Source: a virus
Length of the DNA: 64,000 bases
Direction: 5' to 3' (one strand)
Virus record (IMG/VR): IMGVR_UViG_3300049491_000465
Location: 13,885-77,884 of that record
Part shown: positions 38,759-48,057 of the stretch, piece after piece
How the letters are laid out: each line of letters opens with the position of its first letter
Position numbering within the stretch: position 1 is the first letter of the stretch
The notes under the pieces: model-generated
Databases searched by the model: none
What the model was told of the DNA's origin: nothing
What the model saw: the letters and a program-made list of their open reading frames with translations, nothing else
Position numbers and translations under genes: made by a program

Positions 38759-40633
38759 ATGGCTACTAAATCTTATTATGTATCTAATTTTTACACAGGA
38801 TATGTTAGGAAGTCAACTGACTTATTTGCCACGCTTGGAACAGATATTCCTATACCTTCATCTGATTCCAATCTTGAGGCTATCATGTGTGTTCCTGGCT
38901 TTTCTGACAGAGTTATAACATGTGGATCTAATAAACGAATCTATTTATCAAATGACGCTGGTGTAAATTGGGTATTAGCTCTTGGTGATTATTCCACAAC
39001 ATCAAACAATCATCCAATAAGAGATCTTTGGATTTTGGATCAAAACATTTCTTATGCTGTTGGTCCTGATGGTGCTTGTATGAAATCGATAAATGGAGGT
39101 GCTACATTCAATTTAACCCCAACACATCCAACTGATACTGGTTCTTTAAGTGTAGATCATCATTGTTCAACACTACATTTCACCAATTTATTATCTGGAG
39201 TTGTTGCTACAATTAAAGATGGTGAAGGTGTTTTTGTTTATAAAACAATTGACGGAGGAGATACCTGGACTGTATTGAATGCTGGTTTACCAATAACAAA
39301 TGACATTGATGCTGGTGGTATTCACATGACAGCAGATCAAACAAAAATCATTGTCGTTTGTGCTTCAGGAATTTACACATCAATAGACGGAGGTGTTTCT
39401 TTCGGTTTAACTCAGCAGTTACTTGTTAACAGTACCCCGATAGGTAGGCATTTGACAAGAACTTCTGATGACAACATGTATGTTACATGTCTTTACACAG
39501 GGTTTTACCGATCTATTGATCAGGGTCTCACATGGATTGAGATAATTACACCGGTTGAATTTGATCCGGATTTCGTGTCATCTTTCTTTTACACGCCAAC
39601 ACAAGGTTTAATTTCTACTGGTGGAGAACTTTGGGATTGTAGTGATACTGGTGTTGATTTTAATCAGGCTTTAGAGACTGCTGGCCCAGCAACATCGATA
39701 TGGATTGAAACAGATCTGAACATCCCTATTCTTGATTGTCCACATTTCAATATTGACATTACAGGACCTTCATGTGCTCCGGATTGTATTCAACCAGGAT
39801 CCATTGTTCAGTTTGATCTTGGAGGAAGCATCAGTTCAATTGTATATCCTACAACTATAAGTTTCAAGGTTTACAATAAAGCCACAGATCAAGAGGTTTT
39901 TAATGCTGAATATCCGGTTGCTGATGATGATAAGTTAAATGCTATCATTATTAACTTCATAGCTCCTGAACCAGGGAGTTATTGCTCTTATGTAAGTTTC
40001 CCTGGATGTAATACAATCAAGGCTTTGTGTTTTGATGTTTGTGAACCGTTTGACATTTACAAAGATGAATGTAATAAATGGCATGTTCATCGTCCAGAAC
40101 AATCTTCAAGAACAGAGTTTCTTGTTGATTTAAGAGAACTTGAGGGTGAATACTTGATTACAGATCAATTATGGGATACTGATCAAGATAACACTTTTGA
40201 GTTTGAACTTACTGGAGATGGTATTTATATCTTCGAAATGAAAGATGTGGATACTGGTGAAGTTATTTACAGTTTTAGTTCATTTGAAACATGCTCTCTT
40301 CAGGAATGCTATATGATTATGATGGATAAAATCATGTGTAGCTGTTCTGATCCTTGCTGTAAAAAATGTACTGGTGTTCCTGATCAGCATAGAGAGTTTG
40401 CTCGAATGACATTGAACAAATTGGTTCCATTGTATTTAACATACCTTGGTATGGCAAGAAGAAACGAGCTATACACCACTGGAATGAAATTAATTAGTGA
40501 TGAGCAAATATGTTTTTTACATGATGCCAACCAGGTTCTTGGAAAGATTTTAGAAATAATTGAGGATTGCGGATGTCTTTGTCCAGAGCAGAAAAATACT
40601 GCTTCAAATAGAGGCGGATGCACAAGTTGTTAA
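38759..40633 (+). CDS. BNR/Asp-box beta-propeller protein with Cys-rich C-terminus (putative fibre/receptor-binding component)
   Basis: Asp-boxes SNDAGVNW, SINGGATF, TIDGGDTW, SIDGGVSF, SIDQGLTW; C-terminal CSCSDPCCKKC, CGCLC, GCTSC. Confidence 0.7.
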   Translation: MATKSYYVSNFYTGYVRKSTDLFATLGTDIPIPSSDSNLEAIMCVPGFSDRVITCGSNKRIYLSNDAGVNWVLALGDYSTTSNNHPIRDLWILDQNISYAVGPDGACMKSINGGATFNLTPTHPTDTGSLSVDHHCSTLHFTNLLSGVVATIKDGEGVFVYKTIDGGDTWTVLNAGLPITNDIDAGGIHMTADQTKIIVVCASGIYTSIDGGVSFGLTQQLLVNSTPIGRHLTRTSDDNMYVTCLYTGFYRSIDQGLTWIEIITPVEFDPDFVSSFFYTPTQGLISTGGELWDCSDTGVDFNQALETAGPATSIWIETDLNIPILDCPHFNIDITGPSCAPDCIQPGSIVQFDLGGSISSIVYPTTISFKVYNKATDQEVFNAEYPVADDDKLNAIIINFIAPEPGSYCSYVSFPGCNTIKALCFDVCEPFDIYKDECNKWHVHRPEQSSRTEFLVDLRELEGEYLITDQLWDTDQDNTFEFELTGDGIYIFEMKDVDTGEVIYSFSSFETCSLQECYMIMMDKIMCSCSDPCCKKCTGVPDQHREFARMTLNKLVPLYLTYLGMARRNELYTTGMKLISDEQICFLHDANQVLGKILEIIEDCGCLCPEQKNTASNRGGCTSC

Positions 40634-40636
40634 GCT

Positions 40637-41092
40637 ATGGCGTGTTGCGAAGATAAAATAACAATGAATGATATCTTGTTCCGGGATTACTGGGACAAGA
40701 TGTTTCCATATTTATCAGACAGAATATGTGATGTTCATAATTTTGAAGTATTCGGTAATTCAAAAGGGGCTTTAGAGCAATATGATCTAATGAACGAGAT
40801 CTATTACATGTTTTTGTATGGATATATCGCTTATTACGAACAGGAAATGATGCTAAAGAAACTTTATCCATCAGCACCAGGTCAATGCCCGGATAAAACA
40901 CCGGTAATGAAAGACGTATGGGATAAATTTGGCTTTGAATGTAAAGCTGATTACTTCCGTTGTAAGCATGGTATTGATCTAAAAGATGTATTAATTCGAG
41001 TTTTTGGTCTCGGTACAGGTATTGGGAAAGGAATTGACTATATGCGTATCGAAAATGATGACGATTGTATTCCACCATTTAAAATAAAGTAA
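40637..41092 (+). CDS. Cys-rich structural protein (putative tail hub/fibre attachment)
   Basis: Starts MACC; C-terminal GIGKGIDYMRIE...FKIK resembles crAss tail-associated C-termini. Confidence 0.45.
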   Translation: MACCEDKITMNDILFRDYWDKMFPYLSDRICDVHNFEVFGNSKGALEQYDLMNEIYYMFLYGYIAYYEQEMMLKKLYPSAPGQCPDKTPVMKDVWDKFGFECKADYFRCKHGIDLKDVLIRVFGLGTGIGKGIDYMRIENDDDCIPPFKIK

Positions 41093-41094
41093 TC

Positions 41095-42081
41095 ATGATT
41101 GTAGGAAGAGCGTATTTTTTTACACCGACAGTTAACACGGAGCGTTTCTTGTCGAAAGATGAACCGACAGAACAAGTAATGAGAAATTTCTTGGATTCTA
41201 TTGCGTTTAAAAAGGAGGCTTCTGATACAGCCTCCGAAACACAACAAGGTCTTGTTGAAACAGCTACACAAGCTGAGTTTATTGCCGGAACTGATAACAA
41301 TGCAAATGGATATGCATTGTATGTTCGTCCTTCAATGATTAAGTCAACCCTTGATTCTATTGTTTCGAATTTCAACTCACAGATCTCAACGATCACTAAT
41401 GATATAACGAATCTTCAGAATTCAGTAACGAATCTTGAGAACAATGTAACAAACCTTACCAATACGGTAACTCTTGGTTTCCAGGAACAAATGCCGATTG
41501 GTTCAATGATTGAATATCCTGTTGCTACACCTCCAAATTCAAAATGGTTGTTGTGTGAGGGTCAGACATTAAACACTGGATCGTATCCTGACTTATTTGC
41601 ATTGATAGGATATAATTTTGGTGGAGCTGGTGTTAACTTCAATCTTCCTGATAAAAGAGGTAAGTTTACTGCTGGATTTGATTCTGCCGGTTCTGCTGAA
41701 TATCAAACTATTGGACAAGGTGGCGGTTCAAATGATGTAACATTGACAAATGCACAAATACCAAAACATAATCACGTTTTAGATACTGGTGTCGATGGTG
41801 CAAGTCAATCTGATCCAGGGGATCATAATCACCGTGGAGGTTATACATTTAATTCAATATTAGAAGGAGGAGATGTACCGCCTGATCAAACATGGGATAT
41901 TGATGAAGGAGGTGCTGCTGGTCCAAACTTTAAGCGTGTTGGTGCTGTTCCATTTTCTGATGGTGCACACACCCATACTGGTAATACTGGTGATGGAACT
42001 ACCGATGGTCTCAATAATCAACCTCACGAGAACCGTCCGGAATTCGTAGTATTCCCTACAATGATTAAAGTATTAAATTAA
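41095..42081 (+). CDS. Tail fibre protein with phage tail-collar domain
   Basis: Coiled coil, then MPIGSMIEY...WLLCEGQ...YPDLFALIG...FNLPDKRGKF, HxH motifs and HENRP C-terminus. Confidence 0.85.
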   Translation: MIVGRAYFFTPTVNTERFLSKDEPTEQVMRNFLDSIAFKKEASDTASETQQGLVETATQAEFIAGTDNNANGYALYVRPSMIKSTLDSIVSNFNSQISTITNDITNLQNSVTNLENNVTNLTNTVTLGFQEQMPIGSMIEYPVATPPNSKWLLCEGQTLNTGSYPDLFALIGYNFGGAGVNFNLPDKRGKFTAGFDSAGSAEYQTIGQGGGSNDVTLTNAQIPKHNHVLDTGVDGASQSDPGDHNHRGGYTFNSILEGGDVPPDQTWDIDEGGAAGPNFKRVGAVPFSDGAHTHTGNTGDGTTDGLNNQPHENRPEFVVFPTMIKVLN

Positions 42082-42093
42082 AAATTGAATAAG

Positions 42094-43143
42094 ATGTCTG
42101 GATGTGGATCTTGCGGAAGCAAAAAGAAATGTAATTGCCCGGAACAAATTCCTGGGCCAATTGGACTTACCGGCCCTCAAGGCCCACAAGGTCCTACCGG
42201 TGATCAGCCGGCTTACGAATGGAATGGAACTCAAATCAGATTTGAGAATCCTGATGGATCATGGGGTCCATGGGTGAATCTTCAAGGACCTCCGGGACCA
42301 TGTTCTTCTGGTACACAAGGATTGCAAGGACCACAGGGTCCTGCTGGGCCTGCTGGTCCAAGCGGACCTGCTGGTGTGTCTGGTCCTCAAGGTATAGAAG
42401 GTCCTATCGGTCCTCAAGGTCCAGCCGGTCCATCTGTTATACTACCTGATTCAGGTTGGCAAGACTTACTTGGTTTTGAGTTTTACACATCTCAAATAAA
42501 GCCTCAAGCCAGAAGAATTGGAAATATAGTTTATTTCAGAGGTACTGCAATTATTCCTTTAAGTTCAACGGCAGATGGATTGACCCTTGAAGATCCAGCA
42601 GGATATATTTCAGAAGCTTCTCCCTATTCTTATATTGGAGTTGGAGGTGTTGATGTTAATACTAATGGAAGTTTGATCTTCAACGATAACAACCCTATAA
42701 TCCCTCCTACATTGGGAATAGTTCCTACGGCAGGTAATTATTTTGATAGTATTCGTATTAATCCACAAATAGCAATTAGGATTGTTGATACTTCAAGTGC
42801 TTCAGATTCAATAGCTTTGAGTGCCTGGTTGAATGTTCAGATTTTAGCAAATGGTAAGTTGCAAGTTGTAACTCTTAAAGATCCGGAAATAGCTTCTGGT
42901 AATTCAGGTTTACTTGGATCTTCTCATTTGCGATATATAACATCAAATATTAGATCTGGAGAGAATGTTCCTGATTACAATAATGCAGGATCAGATATAC
43001 ACAACTTTAGTGCCTCCGGTTTACAGCCTGTTATTGTTGATGCAAGTGTAAATACATATACATTTTCTTGTGATGCATCTTTAGCAGAACAAGTTGGTGG
43101 TTTTGCTTTTACTTTAGATGGATTGACATCTTTTATAGTATAA
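42094..43143 (+). CDS. Collagen-like (Gly-X-Y) fibre protein with Cys-rich N-terminus
   Basis: [15 protein letters not shown], then GPx repeats (about 42154-42201 and 42286-42432); ATG at 42094 preferred over TTG at 42085. Confidence 0.8.
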   Translation: MSGCGSCGSKKKCNCPEQIPGPIGLTGPQGPQGPTGDQPAYEWNGTQIRFENPDGSWGPWVNLQGPPGPCSSGTQGLQGPQGPAGPAGPSGPAGVSGPQGIEGPIGPQGPAGPSVILPDSGWQDLLGFEFYTSQIKPQARRIGNIVYFRGTAIIPLSSTADGLTLEDPAGYISEASPYSYIGVGGVDVNTNGSLIFNDNNPIIPPTLGIVPTAGNYFDSIRINPQIAIRIVDTSSASDSIALSAWLNVQILANGKLQVVTLKDPEIASGNSGLLGSSHLRYITSNIRSGENVPDYNNAGSDIHNFSASGLQPVIVDASVNTYTFSCDASLAEQVGGFAFTLDGLTSFIV

Positions 43144-43204
43144 TTTATTATATTAGTACTCTATTAGTATTGTTCCAATACTTGCACAGCTAAAAACCCA
43201 ACCT

Positions 43205-43248
43205 AAAAAAAAGACCCCCACTCTGTAATAGAATGGGGGTCTTTTTTT
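43205..43248. terminator. Bidirectional intrinsic terminator between convergent modules
   Basis: A8-GACCCCCA-13nt-TGGGGGTC-T7 at the strand switch. Confidence 0.9.
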
Positions 43249-43498
43249 ATTTAGAGTACTTCTTTGCGAATTTTAATATGAATGCATTTTCAAGACATGC
43301 TCTGTTCAATCCGTCTGCTTTTGTTAAAGCCCAATAATAATCTCCTGCAAGAACAGCTTTCATAAATGAACCTGCTCCTCTTTCGTATCTTTCAACATCA
43401 ATTTGTTTATTGATTATTTTGGTGCAAACTTCAGCTACATTTTCATTACCAGATTTGGTTAATGCTTTAAGCATTTCATCTCTTGTTAAATTATTCAT
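43247..43498 (-). CDS. Hypothetical protein
   Basis: Last gene of the - strand array; GSFMKAVLAGD...ALTKADxxN pattern seen in small phage proteins. Confidence 0.6.
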   Translation of the reverse strand: MNNLTRDEMLKALTKSGNENVAEVCTKIINKQIDVERYERGAGSFMKAVLAGDYYWALTKADGLNRACLENAFILKFAKKYSK

Positions 43499-43883
43499 CG
43501 CTCATCATGTTTTTGATGGTTGAAGGAATTAGTCTATCTGGAATTTCCATTCCATTGGCTATCATAAAAGCCAGCTCTATTGAGTCCCGGTATTCCTGAT
43601 TAGTAAATCCTTTAAGAAATCTTATAGTACAATTTTCGAATCCGAATTCACGCTTAATATCTTCAGTTGTAGGAAGAATACATGGTTTTCCATCTGATGA
43701 TTCTAATGAAAAATCAACAAACTTATATTGATCTTTTATATAGATGTTTCTGCTTAAAAAGCTGATAAACTCTCTATTGTTTTTACAAAAGATTAAATAA
43801 TGTTTTTTGCTTGATCTTAAACCTCTTAAAGGCTGAACATTCTGACGAATCTTTTTACTGTCGTCACTACTTTTCTGGTTCAT
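43491..43883 (-). CDS. Hypothetical protein
   Basis: Overlapping tandem ORF in the - strand array. Confidence 0.55.
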   Translation of the reverse strand: MNQKSSDDSKKIRQNVQPLRGLRSSKKHYLIFCKNNREFISFLSRNIYIKDQYKFVDFSLESSDGKPCILPTTEDIKREFGFENCTIRFLKGFTNQEYRDSIELAFMIANGMEIPDRLIPSTIKNMMSDE

Positions 43884-44247
43884 ACTTCACATCATTAAAT
43901 GATCCGTCATCCAATATTGTTGACGTTCCCAGAACTCCCTGGGTAATAAACAACTGTTCCAATGAACTGATTACATCCCTCAAATGCTTTGCACTGTCAA
44001 TTAAGCCCATTTGATGAGCGTAATGAATGTTTGCTGCTAAAGAGGTTACGAGAACTTCTTTTATGGCATTACAGCCATCTAAAGTAGGTTTTCCCTCAGA
44101 GTCTTTGTAGGCTTCTTCTCTTAGATTATCAGAAACCTCTAAAGAATACCTTGATGTTCTATGTTGTTTTGCATCAGTTCTATCCCTGTCAAAATTTTGT
44201 ACTTCTATTTCAAGAAAGCTTACGACTTCAAATACTATTTTACTCAT
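43867..44247 (-). CDS. Hypothetical protein
   Basis: Tandem ORF with short overlaps. Confidence 0.65.
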   Translation of the reverse strand: MSKIVFEVVSFLEIEVQNFDRDRTDAKQHRTSRYSLEVSDNLREEAYKDSEGKPTLDGCNAIKEVLVTSLAANIHYAHQMGLIDSAKHLRDVISSLEQLFITQGVLGTSTILDDGSFNDVKYEPEK

Positions 44248-44554
44248 TTTCTTCCGGTCTTTTAATTTCTATTTCTTTTCTGCTTGTTACTTTATCAAGT
44301 AGTTCTGGTAGTACTTCCCATCCATCGCATTTTGCAACGTCATAAAATGGTTTTCCTTCATTGTTGTAATTTACTGATGGAAAAAATGCTTTCTTCAAAC
44401 AATACATGTGAGGTCTTTCTCTGGTTCCGTTGAGAACCTCTTCATTAGACATCGGTATTTTTCCTGACGGCATGTGGATACATGATTCGCAAAGAGATGT
44501 CATTTTGAATTCACCAACTGCTATTGCACGATGCTTAAACTTTTTGTCATTCAT
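44240..44554 (-). CDS. Hypothetical protein (CxxC plus two further Cys)
   Basis: Tandem ORF; LCESCIH...YC...KCDGW. Confidence 0.6.
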   Translation of the reverse strand: MNDKKFKHRAIAVGEFKMTSLCESCIHMPSGKIPMSNEEVLNGTRERPHMYCLKKAFFPSVNYNNEGKPFYDVAKCDGWEVLPELLDKVTSRKEIEIKRPEENE

Positions 44555-44566
44555 TTCAAATCGTTT

Positions 44567-44860
44567 TTAAGGTTTCTTTTTTGATTTTATTTTGTTCTTC
44601 AGATAATCTAATCTTCTTTTTATCTGATCGATTTTAGTGATCTTTTCAGAGTCTTTTCGTTTAGCTTTGAAATAATGTTTAAATTGATTCATTGACGAAA
44701 CGTGATACTTATCACAATGTTCGCACAAATATATCCCTTTAATCGTTTTTCCTTCTCCTGTTTCTGAAACATCCCTATTTATGTAAAACCTAACTCTTCT
44801 TGCTTGTTTTTTTGTTAGCATTCTTTTCCCAGTAAACCAACATAATTCCCAATCGGTCAT
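44567..44860 (-). CDS. Hypothetical Zn-ribbon-like protein
   Basis: C...GKR and YLCEHCDKYHVSS motif common in small phage proteins. Confidence 0.6.
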   Translation of the reverse strand: MTDWELCWFTGKRMLTKKQARRVRFYINRDVSETGEGKTIKGIYLCEHCDKYHVSSMNQFKHYFKAKRKDSEKITKIDQIKRRLDYLKNKIKSKKKP

Positions 44861-44862
44861 CT

Positions 44863-45051
44863 TTAATTTGATCGATTTTTTGAATCGTATTCAATAAGTT
44901 CTTTTAGAAAAAACAATTCCATTGAGAACATCCTGTTTCTCTCGATAAGGATCTCTTTTTCTGTATCATTTTTTTCTCTTAGGAAGTTTCTCATTAACTC
45001 CTCTTTTTGCATTTCAATCTTTGAAATTCTGTTTTTGATTTTCTCAATCAT
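44863..45051 (-). CDS. Hypothetical coiled-coil protein
   Basis: 62-aa ORF in the array. Confidence 0.5.
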   Translation of the reverse strand: MIEKIKNRISKIEMQKEELMRNFLREKNDTEKEILIERNRMFSMELFFLKELIEYDSKNRSN

Positions 45052-45086
45052 GATTCAATTATTTAGTTTGACAAAAGGTTAAATTG

Positions 45087-45113
45087 AAAAGCCCCCTAAT
45101 AAAAGGAGGCTTT
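45087..45113 (-). terminator. Intrinsic terminator (- strand)
   Basis: - strand AAGCCTCCT-TTTATT-AGGGGGCTT-TT downstream of 45177-45581. Confidence 0.55.
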
Positions 45114-45176
45114 AACCTAAACCACTATTCACTGAACTTGAATGTACATAAATATACAAATTTCTCTTATTAAATC

Positions 45177-45581
45177 CTAATTGTAAGATGTTAATTCCGA
45201 GTAGTTTGACGTTTTTGTACCTGAAGTATATTTAATACCATTTAAGTTGTAAGCCCTACCTATTCTGAGGCTTCCAGACCCTTCAATTATCGCATAAGAA
45301 TAAACTGTTCCTGTAAGACTTGATACACAAGTGAATGTCAGCATGTTTTCTTCTTCGATATATTCATGGAGGTTTATGTAATAACATTGACTGGCTGTAA
45401 CATTGCCATTTGCATCCATGACTATATGTGTCATATATTCATCAGCTACGTTTACTATGTAAATGTCATTAACACGCTCAATTACGACTCCATCTTTCGA
45501 CCATTGAGACACCCTGAATGTTAATTGGGAATAAGATATCCCTGATAAAGCTATGAAGATAGCTAAGATTAAATTTTTCAT
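45177..45581 (-). CDS. Secreted protein with Sec signal peptide
   Basis: MKNLILAIFIALSGISYS|Q: signal peptide followed by Gln; beta-rich mature part. Confidence 0.7.
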   Translation of the reverse strand: MKNLILAIFIALSGISYSQLTFRVSQWSKDGVVIERVNDIYIVNVADEYMTHIVMDANGNVTASQCYYINLHEYIEEENMLTFTCVSSLTGTVYSYAIIEGSGSLRIGRAYNLNGIKYTSGTKTSNYSELTSYN

Positions 45582-45587
45582 AAATCT

Positions 45588-45779
45588 TTAAAAATTGGTT
45601 TTTCGATATGTGTCATTCAAATCATCCTCAATCAACTCCTGGGTTAATTTTTTGGCAAGATAAACAGAGCACTTGAATCTTTTCCGAATGTAAGCCTCAA
45701 TTTCTTTTGGATCTTCTGGAAAATCTCTTCTGTCTCTATTTATTATCAGTTTTATTGATCTTCTCTTTGTACTCTTCAT
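45588..45779 (-). CDS. Hypothetical protein (start uncertain)
   Basis: Fills the gap between neighbours; the longer ORF-track start overlaps the upstream gene heavily. Confidence 0.4.
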   Translation of the reverse strand: MKSTKRRSIKLIINRDRRDFPEDPKEIEAYIRKRFKCSVYLAKKLTQELIEDDLNDTYRKTNF

Positions 45780-46044
45780 ACACTTGTTTGTGAAATTTAG
45801 AATTGATTTTACTGTTTTGATCTTTCTCTGCATGAAACCACACTGGCACTTTCTTCCATTCTTCCCATTCAAGAGATTCATACCTTACAGAGATCACGTC
45901 ATGATCTCTTTTAATGATGAAAATAGCAGCTTTGATTTGTTCTTCTGTATGAACTCCTTTTAAAGGGAACAACCAGAATCTTGCACCTCCAACACCTAAA
46001 GCGTAATCGTACTTTATGGTTGTATTTTCTACAAGTTCAGTCAT
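45736..46044 (-). CDS. Hypothetical protein
   Basis: Coupled to the upstream gene (TAATG). Confidence 0.6.
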   Translation of the reverse strand: MTELVENTTIKYDYALGVGGARFWLFPLKGVHTEEQIKAAIFIIKRDHDVISVRYESLEWEEWKKVPVWFHAEKDQNSKINSKFHKQVYEEYKEKINKTDNK

Positions 46045-46406
46045 TAGTTGAACAGTTCTTGATCATTGGTGTGATCACCTTTTTGAGCATCTATCTCAAG
46101 TGTTTGTTTCACAGATTTCATTACCTGAAGACAAACATCTTGATGATACGATATCAAGTCATCAATTATAATGATTGTGTTTACAGTATCTTCAATTTTT
46201 TGCAACTCTTCTTTCTTTGCTTTAATCTTGAACTGTAATCCTTGAGGAGAAGGTTCGATTTTAGCACAGGAGTATGAAGCATCAACTTTCATGAAGTGTT
46301 CTCCAAATCCAGGAGAATGAAGTACGATTGATCCATTGATGTCGTACTTGTCAAGAATAGCCTTGATATCTTTCATGGCATTCTTTAGTTTAGGGTCAAA
46401 TTTCAT
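46044..46406 (-). CDS. Hypothetical protein
   Basis: Tandem ORF. Confidence 0.65.
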   Translation of the reverse strand: MKFDPKLKNAMKDIKAILDKYDINGSIVLHSPGFGEHFMKVDASYSCAKIEPSPQGLQFKIKAKKEELQKIEDTVNTIIIIDDLISYHQDVCLQVMKSVKQTLEIDAQKGDHTNDQELFN

Positions 46407-46839
46407 TCAAATAATCGTAATTACCGCCAAAAAGATCTGGTTGTTTTGTGTATCCTCTCTTTCGACATTCGTTAATAAACACTTGTGGAGTCTTCACTCC
46501 ATACTTTTGATCTTCATGGATCAGGTACTCTATATCTAAGTAATCCCAACATTCATACACCCTTTTACAGCATCCGAAATTCTCTATTTGCTCTTCATAT
46601 TCAAGATCAGAAATCTCTCTTGTTACGATAACTTCAATTGCTTTATCCATTGCTGGAGGACGTATTTTCCCAGGAAAATGATCAATTAAAAATAAAATAT
46701 ATCTGTTGTTTCTTCTTTCTTGTTTCCAGATGCAATACTTTATTTTCCATTTTGATTTAGGAAGCTTTTTTCTTAAGAATGCTTTTTCCTTATCTGTAAA
46801 CTTTCTTCCTTTTACGTTGTAAAGATCATCAAGTTTCAT
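46396..46839 (-). CDS. Hypothetical protein
   Basis: Tandem ORF; ends with QPDLF (possible beta-clamp-binding-like motif). Confidence 0.6.
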   Translation of the reverse strand: MKLDDLYNVKGRKFTDKEKAFLRKKLPKSKWKIKYCIWKQERRNNRYILFLIDHFPGKIRPPAMDKAIEVIVTREISDLEYEEQIENFGCCKRVYECWDYLDIEYLIHEDQKYGVKTPQVFINECRKRGYTKQPDLFGGNYDYLNEI

Positions 46840-46864
46840 CAGTCTTTTTTTTTAATTTTTAGAA

Positions 46865-47164
46865 CTACACCAATTCATTTAAATGACGTAAACTGAACTC
46901 GATTTTTGAATTACATCTCTCTAACTTCTCAATTAGACGAAGAACTTCGTCCGCAAAGCTTTCTGATTCATTAATTGATCTTTCATCTTCCACTTCTGGT
47001 TCAGAATATCTTTTGATAATCTGTAATTTTGAATCCAAATCAAAAGTAAGACATTCAAAATGATTTACAGCGTTAGTTAGTCTTTCTGTTAATTCAACTA
47101 ATTCAGGTCTTCTATCTCTCATTGGACGAGCGACCTCTTCACATTGTTTGTTTTTACTTACCAT
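46865..47164 (-). CDS. Hypothetical coiled-coil protein
   Basis: Tandem ORF. Confidence 0.6.
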   Translation of the reverse strand: MVSKNKQCEEVARPMRDRRPELVELTERLTNAVNHFECLTFDLDSKLQIIKRYSEPEVEDERSINESESFADEVLRLIEKLERCNSKIEFSLRHLNELV

Positions 47165-47297
47165 TTTGTTTTTCTAATTGTTTAATAATAATGTATCCCG
47201 TAAGGAATATAGCACCCAGTATAGCGTAGGTGTCGCTTTTGAATAAAAGACAGAAAAATGTTGATATTATTCCTGATGCGTAAAGAACTTTTTTCAT
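47154..47297 (-). CDS. Small membrane protein (47 aa, not in ORF track)
   Basis: MKKVLYASGIISTFFCLLFKSDTYAILGAIFLTGYIIIKQLEKQNGK; two hydrophobic segments; overlaps the next start. Confidence 0.55.
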   Translation of the reverse strand: MKKVLYASGIISTFFCLLFKSDTYAILGAIFLTGYIIIKQLEKQNGK

Positions 47298-47317
47298 TTG
47301 TTAATTTTTAAAATTTA

Positions 47318-47371
47318 ACATAACAAAGCGTAAGCGAGACTTCGCCATCGCCTACTTGCCTTCCGTTATGA
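47318..47371. other. attC-like imperfect palindrome
   Basis: CATAAC...GTTATG termini, internal arms GTAAGCGA/TCGCCTAC with bulges; the stop codon of 47366-47806 lies in the TAAC box. Confidence 0.5.
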
Positions 47372-47806
47372 ACCATATTTCTCTAAAAATGATACTACAT
47401 CACTTATGTCTCGAATTTTTGTTTTTAAATTCCTCATGTCAAATAATCCATAATTCGATGCAAGATCATGTTCAACATCTGCACTTTCTATTTTTTGTTC
47501 AATTATACTTTCTTCAGGAGGAGAATTATGAGAAATTTCAAACCCCCAATCACCATCGTGATCAAGATAAAATATAAGGGTTCTCATATTGGTATCTCTT
47601 GAAACTAAAACTTCTTTCATATTATCTAAAGAATAATCGAAAGTGAAATCTGGACTGTCGAAAGCGAATTGTAATGCTTCTGAAATAATTATTACTTCTT
47701 CATCTGAAATAATCCCTTCATTTACATGAAAAAACATTGCATCAATTCCAACTCTAACATTAATTAAAAGTTCTAATGAATCTTCTGTAAAAGAAATTGT
47801 TGTCAT
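47366..47806 (-). CDS. Hypothetical acidic protein
   Basis: 146-aa ORF ending inside the attC-like element. Confidence 0.6.
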   Translation of the reverse strand: MTTISFTEDSLELLINVRVGIDAMFFHVNEGIISDEEVIIISEALQFAFDSPDFTFDYSLDNMKEVLVSRDTNMRTLIFYLDHDGDWGFEISHNSPPEESIIEQKIESADVEHDLASNYGLFDMRNLKTKIRDISDVVSFLEKYGS

Positions 47807-48057
47807 ACTATTCCAAGTTTTTTAAAGCTCCATTGATACTTACATTTAGGACATGTTACATATAGCCATTTACGATTCCTGAATCCTTTGACTTTATATC
47901 CGGCTTCATGATCGTAATGCTCTATTTTTAGCCCTTTAAGAAAAACAAAAGAGGATTCTTTCGAATCTGTTCTTCTACACCATTTACAATCTTTTTGATC
48001 CAACTCTTGTTGGTGTTCCTCAATTGATTTTATCATTTTTAACAGTTGAAGGGTCAA
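47803..48057 (-). CDS. Hypothetical zinc-finger protein
   Basis: CKWC...CPKC. Confidence 0.55.
   Translation of the reverse strand: MTLQLLKMIKSIEEHQQELDQKDCKWCRRTDSKESSFVFLKGLKIEHYDHEAGYKVKGFRNRKWLYVTCPKCKYQWSFKKLGIV

Noticed and set aside
430-43143. Many - strand and off-frame ORFs of 60-154 aa within the structural module (e.g. 1078-1542, 13193-13621, 32102-32494, 40635-41078)
   Set aside because: They lie wholly inside long + strand genes with recognisable motifs and have shadow-ORF composition
47298-47371. tRNA or intrinsic terminator in the GC-rich intergenic patch
   Set aside because: Too short for a cloverleaf, no T-loop motif, and no U-tract after the hairpin; kept as attC-like instead
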